Shown here: positions 49,693-61,371 of the stretch, one piece after another
How positions within the stretch are numbered: the first letter of the stretch is position 1
Layout: each line of letters starts with the position of its first letter
Origin: Octopus vulgaris
Taxonomy: Eukaryota
Assembly (NCBI GenBank): GCA_951406725.2
Contig: OX597834.1
Span: 24,118,001-24,182,000 of the forward strand
DNA: 64,000 bases
Direction of reading: 5' to 3'
The notes under the pieces: generated by a model
What the model was told of the DNA's origin: nothing
What the model saw: the letters and a program-made list of their open reading frames with translations, nothing else
Databases searched by the model: none
Program-made: the position numbers and the translations under genes

Positions 49693-50250
49693 GATATAAA
49701 TATATACATGTATGTATATATATTATGTGTTAGTTGTCCATAAGTTAGAAAAAAGCACTATATGAGAATGTTTCTCATATATAAGCAGTTATGTATTTTC
49801 ATATCATCAAGCAGTATATTACTGGTTTAGGAATATAATTAGCCAGAATGTTACTGTAGTTTTCAAGTAGGTACAATAGCCAGCATAAAGCCAACAGTAA
49901 CATTTTGACCCCTTATATCCATAACCAGTAATATACTTCTCACTTTCCCCTAAATGGGTGTAGCCATGTAGTCCCTTTACAAGAAGAACTTGCACTGTTC
50001 CATTCCCTTCTATCATACATTAACCCTCACCTGCTAGCACAAGGTCAGATGACCTTACTAGTGCTTGTGGCACCCTGTACACATTGTAAAGTGGTTGGTG
50101 TTAGGAAGGACATCCAGCTATAGAAACAATGCCAAAGCAGACACTAGAGTACAATGCAGCCCTTGGACCCATTGGTCCCATTCAAGTCATTACAACCCAT
50201 GCCAGCATGGAACATGGGCATAAAATGACACATACAAACACACATATATA

Positions 50251-50622
50251 GGCGCAGGAGTGGCTGTGTGGTAAGTAGCTTGCTAACCAACCACACGGTT
50301 GCGGGTTCAGTCCCACTGCGTGGCATCTTGGGCAAGTGTCTTCTGCTATAGCCCCGGGCCGACCAATGCCTTGTGAGTGGATTTGGTAGACGGAAACTGA
50401 AAGAAGCCTGTCGTATATATGTATATATATATGTATGCTTGTGTTTGTGTGTCTGTGTTTGTCCCCCTAGCATTGCTTGACAACCGATGCTGGTGTGTTT
50501 AGGTCCCTGTCACTTAGCGGTTCGGCAAAAAGAGACCGATAGAATAAGTACTAAAAGTTGGTGCTCCAGCATGGCCGCAGTCAAATGACTGAAACAAGTA
50601 AAAGAGTAAAAGAGTAAAGAGT
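50251..50622 (+). mobile_element. Family A SINE with internal deletion
   Basis: Match to family A. Confidence 0.92.
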
Positions 50623-50637
50623 ATACATATATATATG

Positions 50638-51140
50638 CAGACTTCATAGATGTCACAGCCAACTTGGGCTCTGATACTTACAGGCCCTATTGCAAGCCAA
50701 ACAAGAGGCTGGCAAATATCAACGCAGCCTTTTGCCACTCACCCATCATGTTTAAAAACCTGGTGAAAGGTGTCAGCAAGAGGCTCTCGAATCTTTCCTC
50801 TAGCCAAGAAATTTTCGACACACCAGCCCCCTACTATAATGAGGCCCTACCTGCAAGCATGTTTATGAACCACATCTCCTACATGCTGGGCCCTAACACC
50901 CTCAAAAGGAAGCATTGTCAAGATATCATTTGGTTCCCGTCCCCTGCCTTCTCCCTCAACATAGAAACATGTAGGTAGGATATTCCTTAAAGTAGTAGAT
51001 AAGCACTTTATACAATCACATTTAAGAATATTTTAGTTAACACTCCCAGACCACAAGTGGAGGCAGGATGCTCATTTAGGGTCTACAGCAGATGTCCAGT
51101 GGGAGGCCACCGTGAAACTGAAACCAAGGGGGCTGTTTAC
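50638..51140 (+). pseudogene. Penelope-like element RT C-terminal fragment
   Basis: YRPYCKPN..LANIN..CHSP..FKNL..VSKRLSNLSSSQEIFD..APYYNEAL...IIWF..AFS.NIET, typical of the Penelope thumb/linker. Confidence 0.85.
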
Positions 51141-51206
51141 AAAGCTAATAGTAGCAGCAACTTTCATAACTACTACTACTACTTCATCGGACAGTTTTTG
51201 CTCAAA

Positions 51207-51249
51207 AACTGTCCGATGAACGGCAACGGGAAACTCAGAGTAACAGGTT
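51207..51249 (+). ncRNA. Minimal type I hammerhead-ribozyme-like motif (Penelope pLTR type)
   Basis: ctgt-CCGATGA-a-cg[gcaa]cg-g-GAAA-ctcagag-TA-acag: stem I, GNRA-capped stem II, palindromic stem III, GUA triplet. Confidence 0.55.
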
Positions 51250-51455
51250 TTGTTGAATTTTCTGCTGCTTTAAATAAAGCATATTACTCTACCACTGGTA
51301 TTTGAGTACTCTTTTTTCCACCTTGTTTCACATTTATGTGTTTACTCCGGTATTTATGTATATATGTATGTATGTGTATGTATATGTTTATATGTATGTA
51401 TGTGTATGTATATGTATATATGTATGTATGTGTATGTATATATATATATGTAAGC

Positions 51456-51487
<32 letters not shown>

Positions 51488-51493
51488 ATATGT

Positions 51494-51880
51494 CATCATC
51501 ATCATCGTCTAATGTTTGTTTTCCATGCTCGCATGGGTTGGACTGTTTGACTAGGGACTGGCAAGCCAGGAGGCTGCACCAAGTTCCAATCTGACCTGGC
51601 AGTGTTGCTACAGCTGGATGCCCTTCCTAACACCAACCACTTCGAGAGCATAGTAGTTTCTTTTTACGTGCCACCGGCACGGCAGCCAGTCAGGCAGCAC
51701 TGGCGTGGGCCATGTCCAGATGGTGCTTTTTACGTGCTACCGGCACAGGAGCCAGTCAGGGCAGGAAGGGTGGCATCGACCATGTTCGGATGGTGCGGCA
51801 CTAGCAACAACCCAACCATTCATGGTGCTTATTGCGTGCCACCAGCATGGAAGCCAGTCAGGCGGCACTGGCATCGGCCA
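51494..51880 (-). mobile_element. Family C retroposon with diverged internal units
   Basis: (cat)n, family C block, three tttacgtgccaccggcac-like units. Confidence 0.85.
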
Positions 51881-52227
51881 TATATGTGTGTGTGTATATT
51901 CATATATATATATATTGAGTTCTGTGTTTGATAATGCTTGTTCTATGTAAAATATATTAATATACTTTTACATCTCTCACATTATATAAATATAATCAAT
52001 TTGATGTCAGTCTAAAAGTGGGACATCAGAGTTGTTTCTATTGGCAACAAACAAGAACTGATTGTTTTATTGATTGATTACATTAATTACTTGATTGATT
52101 GATTAGTTCATTACTTTCAAAACTGTTTAACTATATTATTATTATTATTATCATTATTATTATTATTATTATTAATAATAATAATAATATTATTATCATT
52201 ATTATTATTAATAATAATATTATTATT

Positions 52228-52790
52228 CAGTAGTCTTATTTTTATCACATGCTTTCACTGCACTACTGAGCAGAGCTCTGTGTGCCCTGGGTATGTGCTG
52301 TGGTTTGTTGTGATGCTCTTATTTTTACTGTATTGAAAGTGTTTTACGTAGGATGTGTGTGCTATTTTCTGTATGTTATTTATACTTGTAAGTCCTGGTG
52401 TTTTTGTTATGTATTTGTCTGAATATTTTTTTTATCATACCTAATGCACCTACTATGATAGGAATTATTTCTGTTTTTAGGCTCCACATTCAAGTTACCT
52501 CCATTTCCAGATCTTTGTATTTTGAATGTTCCTCCATTTCTTTTAGAGAAACATTGTCATCTGTTGGTATTGATACATCAATTAGAAATATTTTTTTCTA
52601 GGTTACCTCTGACAACTACATCCAGCCTATTGCCCTTAATTTCTCTATCTGTGTGTATTGGTATATCCTAGAATACAGTTGCTTTCCTATTTTCTGTGAC
52701 CTTTTCTGGCGTGTGCCTATACCATCCTTTTTCTGTTGCTTTTCCATAGAGTTGGCATAGTTTCCAGTGTATATAGGTCCCAACTCTGTT
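52228..52790 (-). pseudogene. R4/Dong-like RLE retrotransposon 3' end plus fused RT-region piece
   Basis: Minus translation FLIDVSIPTDDNVSLKEMEEHSKYKDLEME...IIPIIVGALG; 3' end abuts (ATT/AAT)n at 52132-52227. Confidence 0.8.
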
Positions 52791-52794
52791 GTGT

Positions 52795-53185
52795 CTTCTT
52801 CTTGAGCAAAACACTTTATTTCACGTTGCTCCAGTTCACTCAGCTGTAGAAATGAGTTGCGACATCCAGGTGCCAAGCTGTATCGGCCTTTACCTTTCCT
52901 TTGGATAACACTGGTGGTGTGGAGAGGTGAGACCGGTATGCATCGGTGACCGCTGGTCTTCCATAAACAACCTTGCCCGGACTTGTGCCTGGGAGGGTAA
53001 CTTTCCAGGTGTAATCCCATGGTCTGTGTCGTGACAGAAGGGGGTCTCAATATATATATCGGAGTGGCTGGCGTCAGGAAGGGCATCCAGCTGTAGAAAC
53101 TCTGCCAGATCAGACTGGAGCCCGGTGTAGCCTCCTGGCTTCCCAGACCCCAGTAAAACCGTCCAATCCATGCCAGCATGGAAAA
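52795..53185 (+). mobile_element. Headless SINE body (52795-53048) followed by family C 3' fragment (53059-53185)
   Basis: cttgagcaaaacactttatttcacgttgctccag...cactcagctgtagaaatgag SINE-core-like block; then ggaagggcatccagctgtagaaac. Confidence 0.65.
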
Positions 53186-53279
53186 TAATTGAGATTCAGA
53201 TGAATTAAATACTTAAGTTGAGGCATCAGAAATTAGTGTGGTATTATCCTTACAATTTCAAAATAAGGTGAATAAAATT

Positions 53280-53758
53280 AAAATAAGCAACAGGATATTC
53301 AGAGGTGATGCAGTACAACCGTTTCAAGCGGTTCCATTTAATTGAACAATGCAATCATTACATCAATTTAAATGCAGAGCAATCCTCAGCTGCAGAAACA
53401 AATAAATAGAATTAATTTAAACAGTCAGACACATTTCTATAATTTTACTTGAAACCTCTAAGAGGGTTAGAAGACAGACAAAGTCCATCCTGTTTTCACT
53501 TCAGCTTAGAAGCTAACTGAGCAGTGTAGCTTCTAAGCAGAAGTGAAAACAGCATGGACTTTGTCTTCTTACCCTCTTAGAGGTTTCAAGTAAAATTATA
53601 GAAATGTGTCTGACTGTTTAAATTAATTCTATTTATTTGTTTATGCAGCTGAGGATTGCTCTGCATTTAAAGTGATGTAATGATTGCATTGTTCAATTAA
53701 ATGGAGCCGCTTGAAACGGTTGTACTACATCACCTATGGATATCCTTTTGCTTATTTT
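53280..53758. repeat. ~480-bp near-perfect palindrome, each arm with a hammerhead-like motif
   Basis: Arms 53280-53519 and 53522-53758 are reverse complements; CTGAGGA (53649-55)...GAAAC-ggtt-GTA (53713-24) on +, mirrored on -. Confidence 0.93.
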
Positions 53759-53772
53759 GATATATAAGTATG

Positions 53773-53803
<31 letters not shown>

Positions 53804-53943
53804 TGTTATATTTCGGAATGGTCATATTGCCAGTTTAGCCAATAAAAACACACGCACTATATATTTGGTGTTATTTTGCTTCAGTGATATTTATTTCAAC
53901 ACACGACTTCACATAAAAAATCTTGCACAACAAATATTTAAAC

Positions 53944-53986
<43 letters not shown>

Positions 53987-54763
53987 CTACAAATCCAATC
54001 ATATTTGTCAAAAATGGAGGAGATAAGGTGTTAAAAAGTTGTATGAAGTTTATTCATGCATACAGTTGTTTCGTACATAGGTATAAATTCATATTTGAAT
54101 TTGGAAATTATCATAGTACTCATCAAAGAAAAAATAATAATAGGAACTTATAAAAAGAGCACAGAAGTTGGATCTATGAGTTTCATGTTTATCTCTTCCT
54201 ATCTGTGTATGATAGTGATAGGAGTCATGTCAATGATTAAAAAACTAACAGATGAACGGTTAGGAGATGATATAAATATAGAGACATCGATAACACTCTC
54301 TCTATAGATTAGTATAGATTTGCTAATTCAATCTCCATACATGCAGCATAGGATGCAGCATAGGGTGAGTAAGTTAGAGAAATGTCAAATGAGAATACAT
54401 TTACCTAATGTAAATTAAATCTAACCATTAAAAACAATAACTGGTATTTTTATAAAAAATCATAAACAGATGAAGAGAGTTTAGCATAAGGAAATTATGT
54501 TTGTAAAGCCTATACTAGAGAGTTAATGAAGTAATTTATGAAAATATAGGAGGGGAGGTGAGGAATTAAAAAGAATGAAGTGGAAGTGAATTAAGGACAG
54601 ATATACAAACACACATATGCATGTGTGGGTGAAGAAGCACATTTAGTTGGAGTTGTTAAGTTGAATCAATACCACATTATGTAAAGTTTCATGGGTGTTG
54701 AATGCATCCACGTCTTCAGGGGTATACATTTGCTTCCACTCACACATTTTTTATATCAGCATA

Positions 54764-55464
54764 TCATCATCGTCATCATCATCATTTAGCGTCCGCTTTC
54801 CATGCTAGCATGGGTTGGACGGTTCAACTGGGATCTGGGCAGCCAGGAGGCTGCACCAGGCTCCAGTCTGATCTGGCAGTGTTTCTACAGCTGGATGCCC
54901 TTCCTAACGCCAACCACTCTGTGAGTGTAGTGGGTGCTTTTTACGTGCCACCGGCACGGGGGCCAGGCGAGGCTGGCAAACGGCCACGGTCGGATGGTGC
55001 TTTTTACGTTCCACCGGCACGGGGGCCAGGCGAGGCTGGCAAACGGCCACGGTCGGATGGTGCTTTTTACGTTCCACCGGCACGGGGGCCAGGCGAGGCT
55101 GGCAAACGGCCACAGTTGGATGGTGCTTTTTACGTGTCACCGGCACGGGGGCCAGGCGAGGCTGGCAAACGGCCACGGTCGGATGGTGCATTTTACGTGC
55201 CACCGGCACGGGGGCCAGGCGAGGCTGGCAAACGGCCACGGTCGGATGGTGCTTTTTACGTGCCACCGGCACGGGGGCCAGGCGAGGCTGGCAAACGGCC
55301 ACGGTCGGATGGTGCTTTTTACGTTCCACCGGCACGGGGGCCAGGCGAGGCTGGCAAACGGCCACGGTCGGATGGTGCATTTTACGTGCCACCGGCACAG
55401 GTGCCAGGCGAGGCTGGCAAACGGCCACGGTCGGATGGTGCTTTTTACGTGCCACCGGCACGGG
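54764..55464 (-). mobile_element. Family C retroposon with 63-bp tandem array (8 full periods, 9 motif copies)
   Basis: ggtgc starts at 54933, 54996 ... 55437, exact 63-bp period. Confidence 0.95.
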
Positions 55465-55608
55465 AATATATCTATTAATCTATCTGTCTGTCAGTGTATG
55501 TTGTTTATCCTCGGGTCAATCCTGGCTGTGCAGATCTATGACCAAAGGTGTTCCACCCATGACCATCCCATATTTTATTCAAACGGTATTCTAAATGTAA
55601 ATTATTTT

Positions 55609-55777
55609 GGCGATCCTTCGGTATAAGTACACACGTGGCTTTGTTTACATTTCTGAAGATAACAGAAACCCTTTTCTCCCACCCCTAACCCTAACACAAA
55701 AACCCTAACCCCCAATAAATATTAAAAAAACACTTTCTTGAAATGTATCCGGTACTTACTTATACCGAAGTTATGCC
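55609..55777. mobile_element. MITE with ~20-bp TIRs
   Basis: ggcgatccttcggtataagt / acttataccgaagttatgcc; internal ccctaa repeats. Confidence 0.75.
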
Positions 55778-56255
55778 AATTATTTAATATAGCCTTCCCA
55801 CTTGTAAGACAATAGTGTTGTCTGGTGAGGAAATTTGATTGCTATTTCTAGTAATTTGAGCATCTTCCTAGGGCTTCCCTTGTTGACTAGGTTCATACTT
55901 GTGTCAGAGGACCAGATACATATGTATAAAAATATTGATGGCACAAGGCCATCAATTTCAGGAAGGGTTAAGTTAATTACACTGACTCCAGCATTCAACT
56001 GGTACCTATTTTATCAACCCTGAAAGGATGAAAAGCAAAGTCGACTCCAGTGGCATTTGAACTTAGAACGTAAAATCAGAAGAAATGCCACAAAACATTA
56101 TTATCTTCCTGCAGGAGTAACGATTCTTCCAGCTCGCCGCTTTCAACTTTATAAAATTACTTAAGCATCTGTTTGCTCTTAACTTTATACACTACTTTTT
56201 TTACTGTCAATTTTTATATAGTGTGTTTGTGTTTGTACATGTGTATGTATGTGCA

Positions 56256-56317
<62 letters not shown>

Positions 56318-56319
<2 letters not shown>

Positions 56320-56777
56320 GTGTGTTGAAGTGTTGAGCACTAAATAAAGGCTAATATCAAATCCATCTTCTGGTTACTTAATAATAATAATAATAATAAT
56401 AATCATAAACCACATGGTTCCGGGTTCAGTCCCACTGCGTGGCACCTTGGGCAAGTGTCTTCTACTATAGCCTCGGGCCGACCAAAGCCTTGTGAGTGGA
56501 TTTGGTAGACGGAAACTGAAAAGGAGCCCGTCGTATATATGTATATATATACGTATGTGCGTGTATGTTTGTGTGTCTGTGTTTGTCCCCCTAGCATTGC
56601 TTGACAACCGATGCTGGTGTGTTTATGTCCCCGTCACTTAGCGGTTCGGCAAAAGTGACCGATAGAATAAGTACTGGGCTTACAAAGAATAAGTCCCGGG
56701 GTCGAGTTGCTCGATTAAAGGCGGTGCTCCAGCATGGCCGCAGTCAAATGACTGAAACAAGTAAAAGAGTAAAAGAG

Positions 56778-56864
<87 letters not shown>

Positions 56865-56890
56865 ATGTATATACAGATATATTGTATGGT

Positions 56891-56952
<62 letters not shown>

Positions 56953-57404
56953 GTGTGTTGAAGTGTTGAGCACTAAATAAAGGCTAATATCAAATCCATC
57001 TTCTGGTTACTTAATAATAATAATAATAATCATAAACCACATGGTTCCGGGTTCAGTCCCACTGCGTGGCACCTTGGGCAAGTGTCTTCTACTATAGCCT
57101 CGGGCCGACCAAAGCCTTGTGAGTGGATTTGGTAGACGGAAACTGAAAAGGAGCCCGTCGTATATATGTATATATATACGTATGTGCGTGTATGTTTGTG
57201 TGTCTGTGTTTGTCCCCCTAGCATTGCTTGACAACCGATGCTGGTGTGTTTATGTCCCCGTCACTTAGCGGTTCGGCAAAAGTGACCGATAGAATAAGTA
57301 CTGGGCTTACAAAGAATAAGTCCCGGGGTCGAGTTGCTCGATTAAAGGCGGTGCTCCAGCATGGCCGCAGTCAAATGACTGAAACAAGTAAAAGAGTAAA
57401 AGAG

Positions 57405-57481
<77 letters not shown>

Positions 57482-57520
57482 ATGTATATACAGATATATG
57501 TATGGTTGTGTGTGTGTGTT
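56318..57520. repeat. Tandem duplication (~633-bp period), each unit holding a 5'-truncated family A SINE (56407-56778, 57034-57405, +)
   Basis: Unique flank cagtgtgttgaagtgttgagcac... at 56318 and 56951; SINE copies share private variants. Confidence 0.93.
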
Positions 57521-58359
57521 TAAGTCTTCGTATGTATGCATAATTGTGTATTTTGTTTGTTGTGCTTTTTACTACAGTATCCACCTTCTTTTAACCATCG
57601 CGTCCAAAACCAAACTATAGCACCCACCACCTTGTGTGTATCCGTGTTTATGTGTATACACACACACACGTATCACGTATATATACACGCACATACACAC
57701 CCGTGTGTGTATCAATATGTATTTATGTAATCCTACAACCTACATTAAGTTACTCGTTAAGAGTTTTTCCTCTGTCCACCACGTACTCCGCTTCTTTGTC
57801 ATAGCAACGTTTCATCACTACGGCTGACTTCCGATTATGTTAATATATTCAATCCTAATTTGAATAATGTTAATTAGGCAAGTGCTTGGTGCCAGTTTGG
57901 CTTCTGCTGCTGCTGTGAGACATTTTTCAGGTGAAGCCTGTCTCTCAGACCGGCACCATTCCTGCTACTATTATTGGGAGCTTTTCCCTACTTATCGGCA
58001 AATATAGAAACAAAAATTAACGAAGGAAAAATCAAAAAGGTTTAAACCTTTTATGGACATAATTTTAAAAAAATTTGTAACACACACACACACGTTATAT
58101 ATGTACATTATATAATACATGCAAAATTCTACAAGGCGGTGCCCCAGCATGGCCGCAGTCTAATAACTGAAACAAGTAAACGATAAAAGATACACATTTT
58201 ATATACATGGTGTCTGTCGCTGTTGTAGTTCTGTAAAATTTATTCAGGTAAGATCTAAGTTTTCTCTCTTAGGCGCGCTAAAAGATTGAATGAACGAATG
58301 AATGAATGTGTGTGTGTGGTTCTTTGAGAATAATTAAGTTTTGTCTTTTTCCTTTGTAG

Positions 58360-58439
58360 AATTTAAGTTGGTCACTACAAAGTGGCGAGGCTGTCGTTGA
58401 AGTCAAGACAGCGCTTGGTGGTTGTAGATGCATGAATTG
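58360..58439 (+). other. Candidate internal exon
   Basis: Strong acceptor ttttgtctttttcctttgtag|, donor ttg|gttaga; one open frame NLSWSLQSGEAVVEVKTALGGCRCMN; upstream donor cag|gtaaga at 58247. Confidence 0.4.
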
Positions 58440-59267
58440 GTTAGAGTAATATGTGTGTTCGTGCGTGGATAAACTTGCACTTTTGTAATCAGTATGTCAC
58501 TGTAACACACAAGTGTGTGTATGCTTCGTTATGGTCTGTGTGAGCGCGTGTGTATTTCATGCGAATATATGCATGTGTTCAGTCAGAAACCTCCACTATG
58601 TTAATGTATGTGTATACATAAATGGATAGATATAGGCATCCGTGTATGCATGTATGTATGTATGTATGTATGTATGCCAGCAAGCAAGCTGGTGCTTCGT
58701 GTACTCTCTATTATATACACACGCACGCACATCATGAAGCGAAACCCTTTACGGACGGGAAACCCATGGTAATCCCGTAAACCGGCCTTCCCATTTAATA
58801 TATATACATGTGTGTGTGTAACAATGGCCGCAGTCTAATGATTGAAACAAAAGATGTGTGTACGTGTATATTTATATACACGCGCAGACCCCCGCGCGAA
58901 AGACAACCTCCTCCACGCTACATTCTTTGATGTCGCCGCTCTGATTCTTTAGCCAAACCCCTCGCTTCGATCAGCCTTGATCGAACAGACCTCAATCAAA
59001 GACCATTCCAACCGTGACTACGTCGTTGATTTAAGTGCATGACTAGGACTACATCATCCCATACAGCTTTGTATAACACTGGGGGTCTAATTCGAAGGAA
59101 ATTTCAACTGCTATTTCTAGCATGTCGAGCGACCACCTTGGCGCTTACATTTTCATCATTAGTTTCCCTATTCTAAACTATAATTCATTCTTGTGATTTA
59201 AACGTTTCCAAGTTTAAATTTCGATCAGAGTATAGCGAAAAACAAGTTTATCTATCTATCCATCCAC

Positions 59268-59484
59268 ACGAGTTGCTGGTGAAAAGTTCCTGGCTTTGAG
59301 TAAAAGAGAATATAGGAGGATCGGTTAATTATGATTTTATTCAACATATTTCCCTCTCATAATCACACTTATTGCAAGGGTCTTTCAGTTTTTCTAGTCT
59401 CTGTAAAAGAACCCAGAAGGTTGGGCCTCCAACCTAGCATTTGGTGATACCCTTAAAGCCAGGAACTTCTCAACACATCTTCGT
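59268..59484. mobile_element. Mariner-type MITE
   Basis: acgag...gaaaagttcctggcttt / aaagccaggaacttctca...tcgt TIRs. Confidence 0.75.
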
Positions 59485-59504
59485 GTGTATATATATATAT
59501 GTGC

Positions 59505-60046
59505 ATCGAGGGTGTCCCCCACCAAAACAAAAAAAAAAATGACTTCATTGAGTAACTACGTGTCCGAGGCAAACGAAATTAAATAGGCTTCACGTTGAAC
59601 AATAAAATATTTATTTATCAAATTTCGAACAAGAGATTCAGAGGGATTTTATAGATTTTATAACCGATTCACAAATGTTCAATATGCACATCGCCTTTGA
59701 CACGACACACGTCAAGTCGATAGTCCAGCTCCTGCCAAACACGCTGTAACAGTACATGTCTTGCGTAACATTCTCCAGCACCTCTGATTTTCTGCTTGAA
59801 TTCCTCAAGGCTTGTAGAAAGAGAGGGCATATAGTGCAAGTCCTTTCACATAGTCCCATAGAAAAAAAATCACCAAGTGTCAAGTGAGGTAAACGTGGTG
59901 GCCATTTCAACTGCACATTGTCATGCGCGATCCAAACTTAGTTTTTACACATTTTGTTAAAATTTGAGATCATTTGAGCGAGAATTGGCCATGTTATTAG
60001 ACTACAAAATGATGTCATTTAAAAAAAAAATTTTGGACACTTTGTA
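59505..60046 (-). pseudogene. Tc1/mariner transposon remnant
   Basis: KWPPRLPHLTLGDFF (degenerate WPPRSPDLTP.DFF); gggtgtcc / ggacactttgta termini. Confidence 0.8.
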
Positions 60047-60652
60047 TATATATATTTTGCAGTAGATGCAGTGTAACCGAATGGTTCCTAACCACGAGGT
60101 TCCGAGTTCTTTTGGGTAAATGTCATTTTCTATTGTCTCAGATCGACCCATGTCTTGTGACTGAAACTGGGTTGATGGAAAGTGTTAGGAAGCCTTTTGG
60201 TGGCTGGATCGTCTGTATTTGTAATTCAAAAGGTACAGCCTTGTTACACTCTGTCATGCTGGCGTTACCTGAGAATTACTTTGGTGTGCACGTGTCTTGG
60301 AATACTCGACCACTTTATACACGAATTGAGGAGCAGCTAATTCAGTTATTGGAATAACTGGATCTTCGTTGCCGAACGATGGAGATCCACCACCATATAT
60401 ATTAGTGTGGTTTTTCTAGAGGACAGCTTTAATGGTTATATATATATGTGTGTGTGTGTGGAAAAAATACACATGAAGAACAGGACCTCACCAACAAATA
60501 GGTGAACACACGACGAGAGATAAGTACGGGACAAAACACCAAAGGAGGTCTAACCCCTCTTCGGTTGTCGACTGATATTACTCCCTGTTTCGTGATGTGT
60601 GCGCGCGTGCAATGTATGTTATGTATGTGTGTGTATATATGTATATATATAA

Positions 60653-60840
60653 GGCGGCAAGCTGGCAGAATCGTTAGCACGCCGGGCGAGATGCCTAGCA
60701 GTATTTCGTCTGTCGTTACGTTCTGAGTTCAAATTCCTCCGAGGTTGACTTTGCCTTTCATCCTTTCGGGATCGATAAATCAAGTACCAGTTTCGCACTT
60801 GTTTGTCCCCTCTATGTTTAGCCCCTTGTGGGTAATAAAG
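60653..60840 (+). mobile_element. Family B SINE with internal deletion
   Basis: Match to family B. Confidence 0.88.
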
Positions 60841-61371
60841 CAACATATATGTATATATAATGTGTAAGTATATATAATGTATGTGTATATAATGTATGTA
60901 TATGTGTATACAATGCGTCTATGTTTATATAATGTATATGTGTATTTACATATACACACATATATATATCTGTAATGTGAGTGTATGTATATTGGTGTCT
61001 GCGCGCGCGTAATTATCTGAAGCATGTGCGCATTCGATGACGTTCAAAATTCGATTATGTTTTAATCATAAATTTACAGTATGTTGCGAAGCCATAGATC
61101 CGTCCTAATCGACCATTCCCATGAACAAAGGCGCTCCAGCCACGAACATACCGTCTTTTTCACCAGACAGTTTACTAACGACTTCATCCAACGTGTCTTT
61201 CTGTTTTTGTTTATTTTTTAAAACAATGGGTTGAGGTTTAAAGAATATTTCGCTACTCTTTTTAGCACGTCGAGCGACTCTTCAGAGACTCTCTCTCTCG
61301 TTGGCTCGTTTTTAATGTCATGCATTAACAAAAAATTAATCTTCACCATTGTCTGCAAGAGTTACCCAACT

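Noticed and set aside
54702-55626. Long ORFs (258, 230, 185 aa) and CRISPR-like regularity
   Set aside because: Head-to-tail 63-bp units with no unique spacers and no cas genes; frames stay open only because 63 is a multiple of 3
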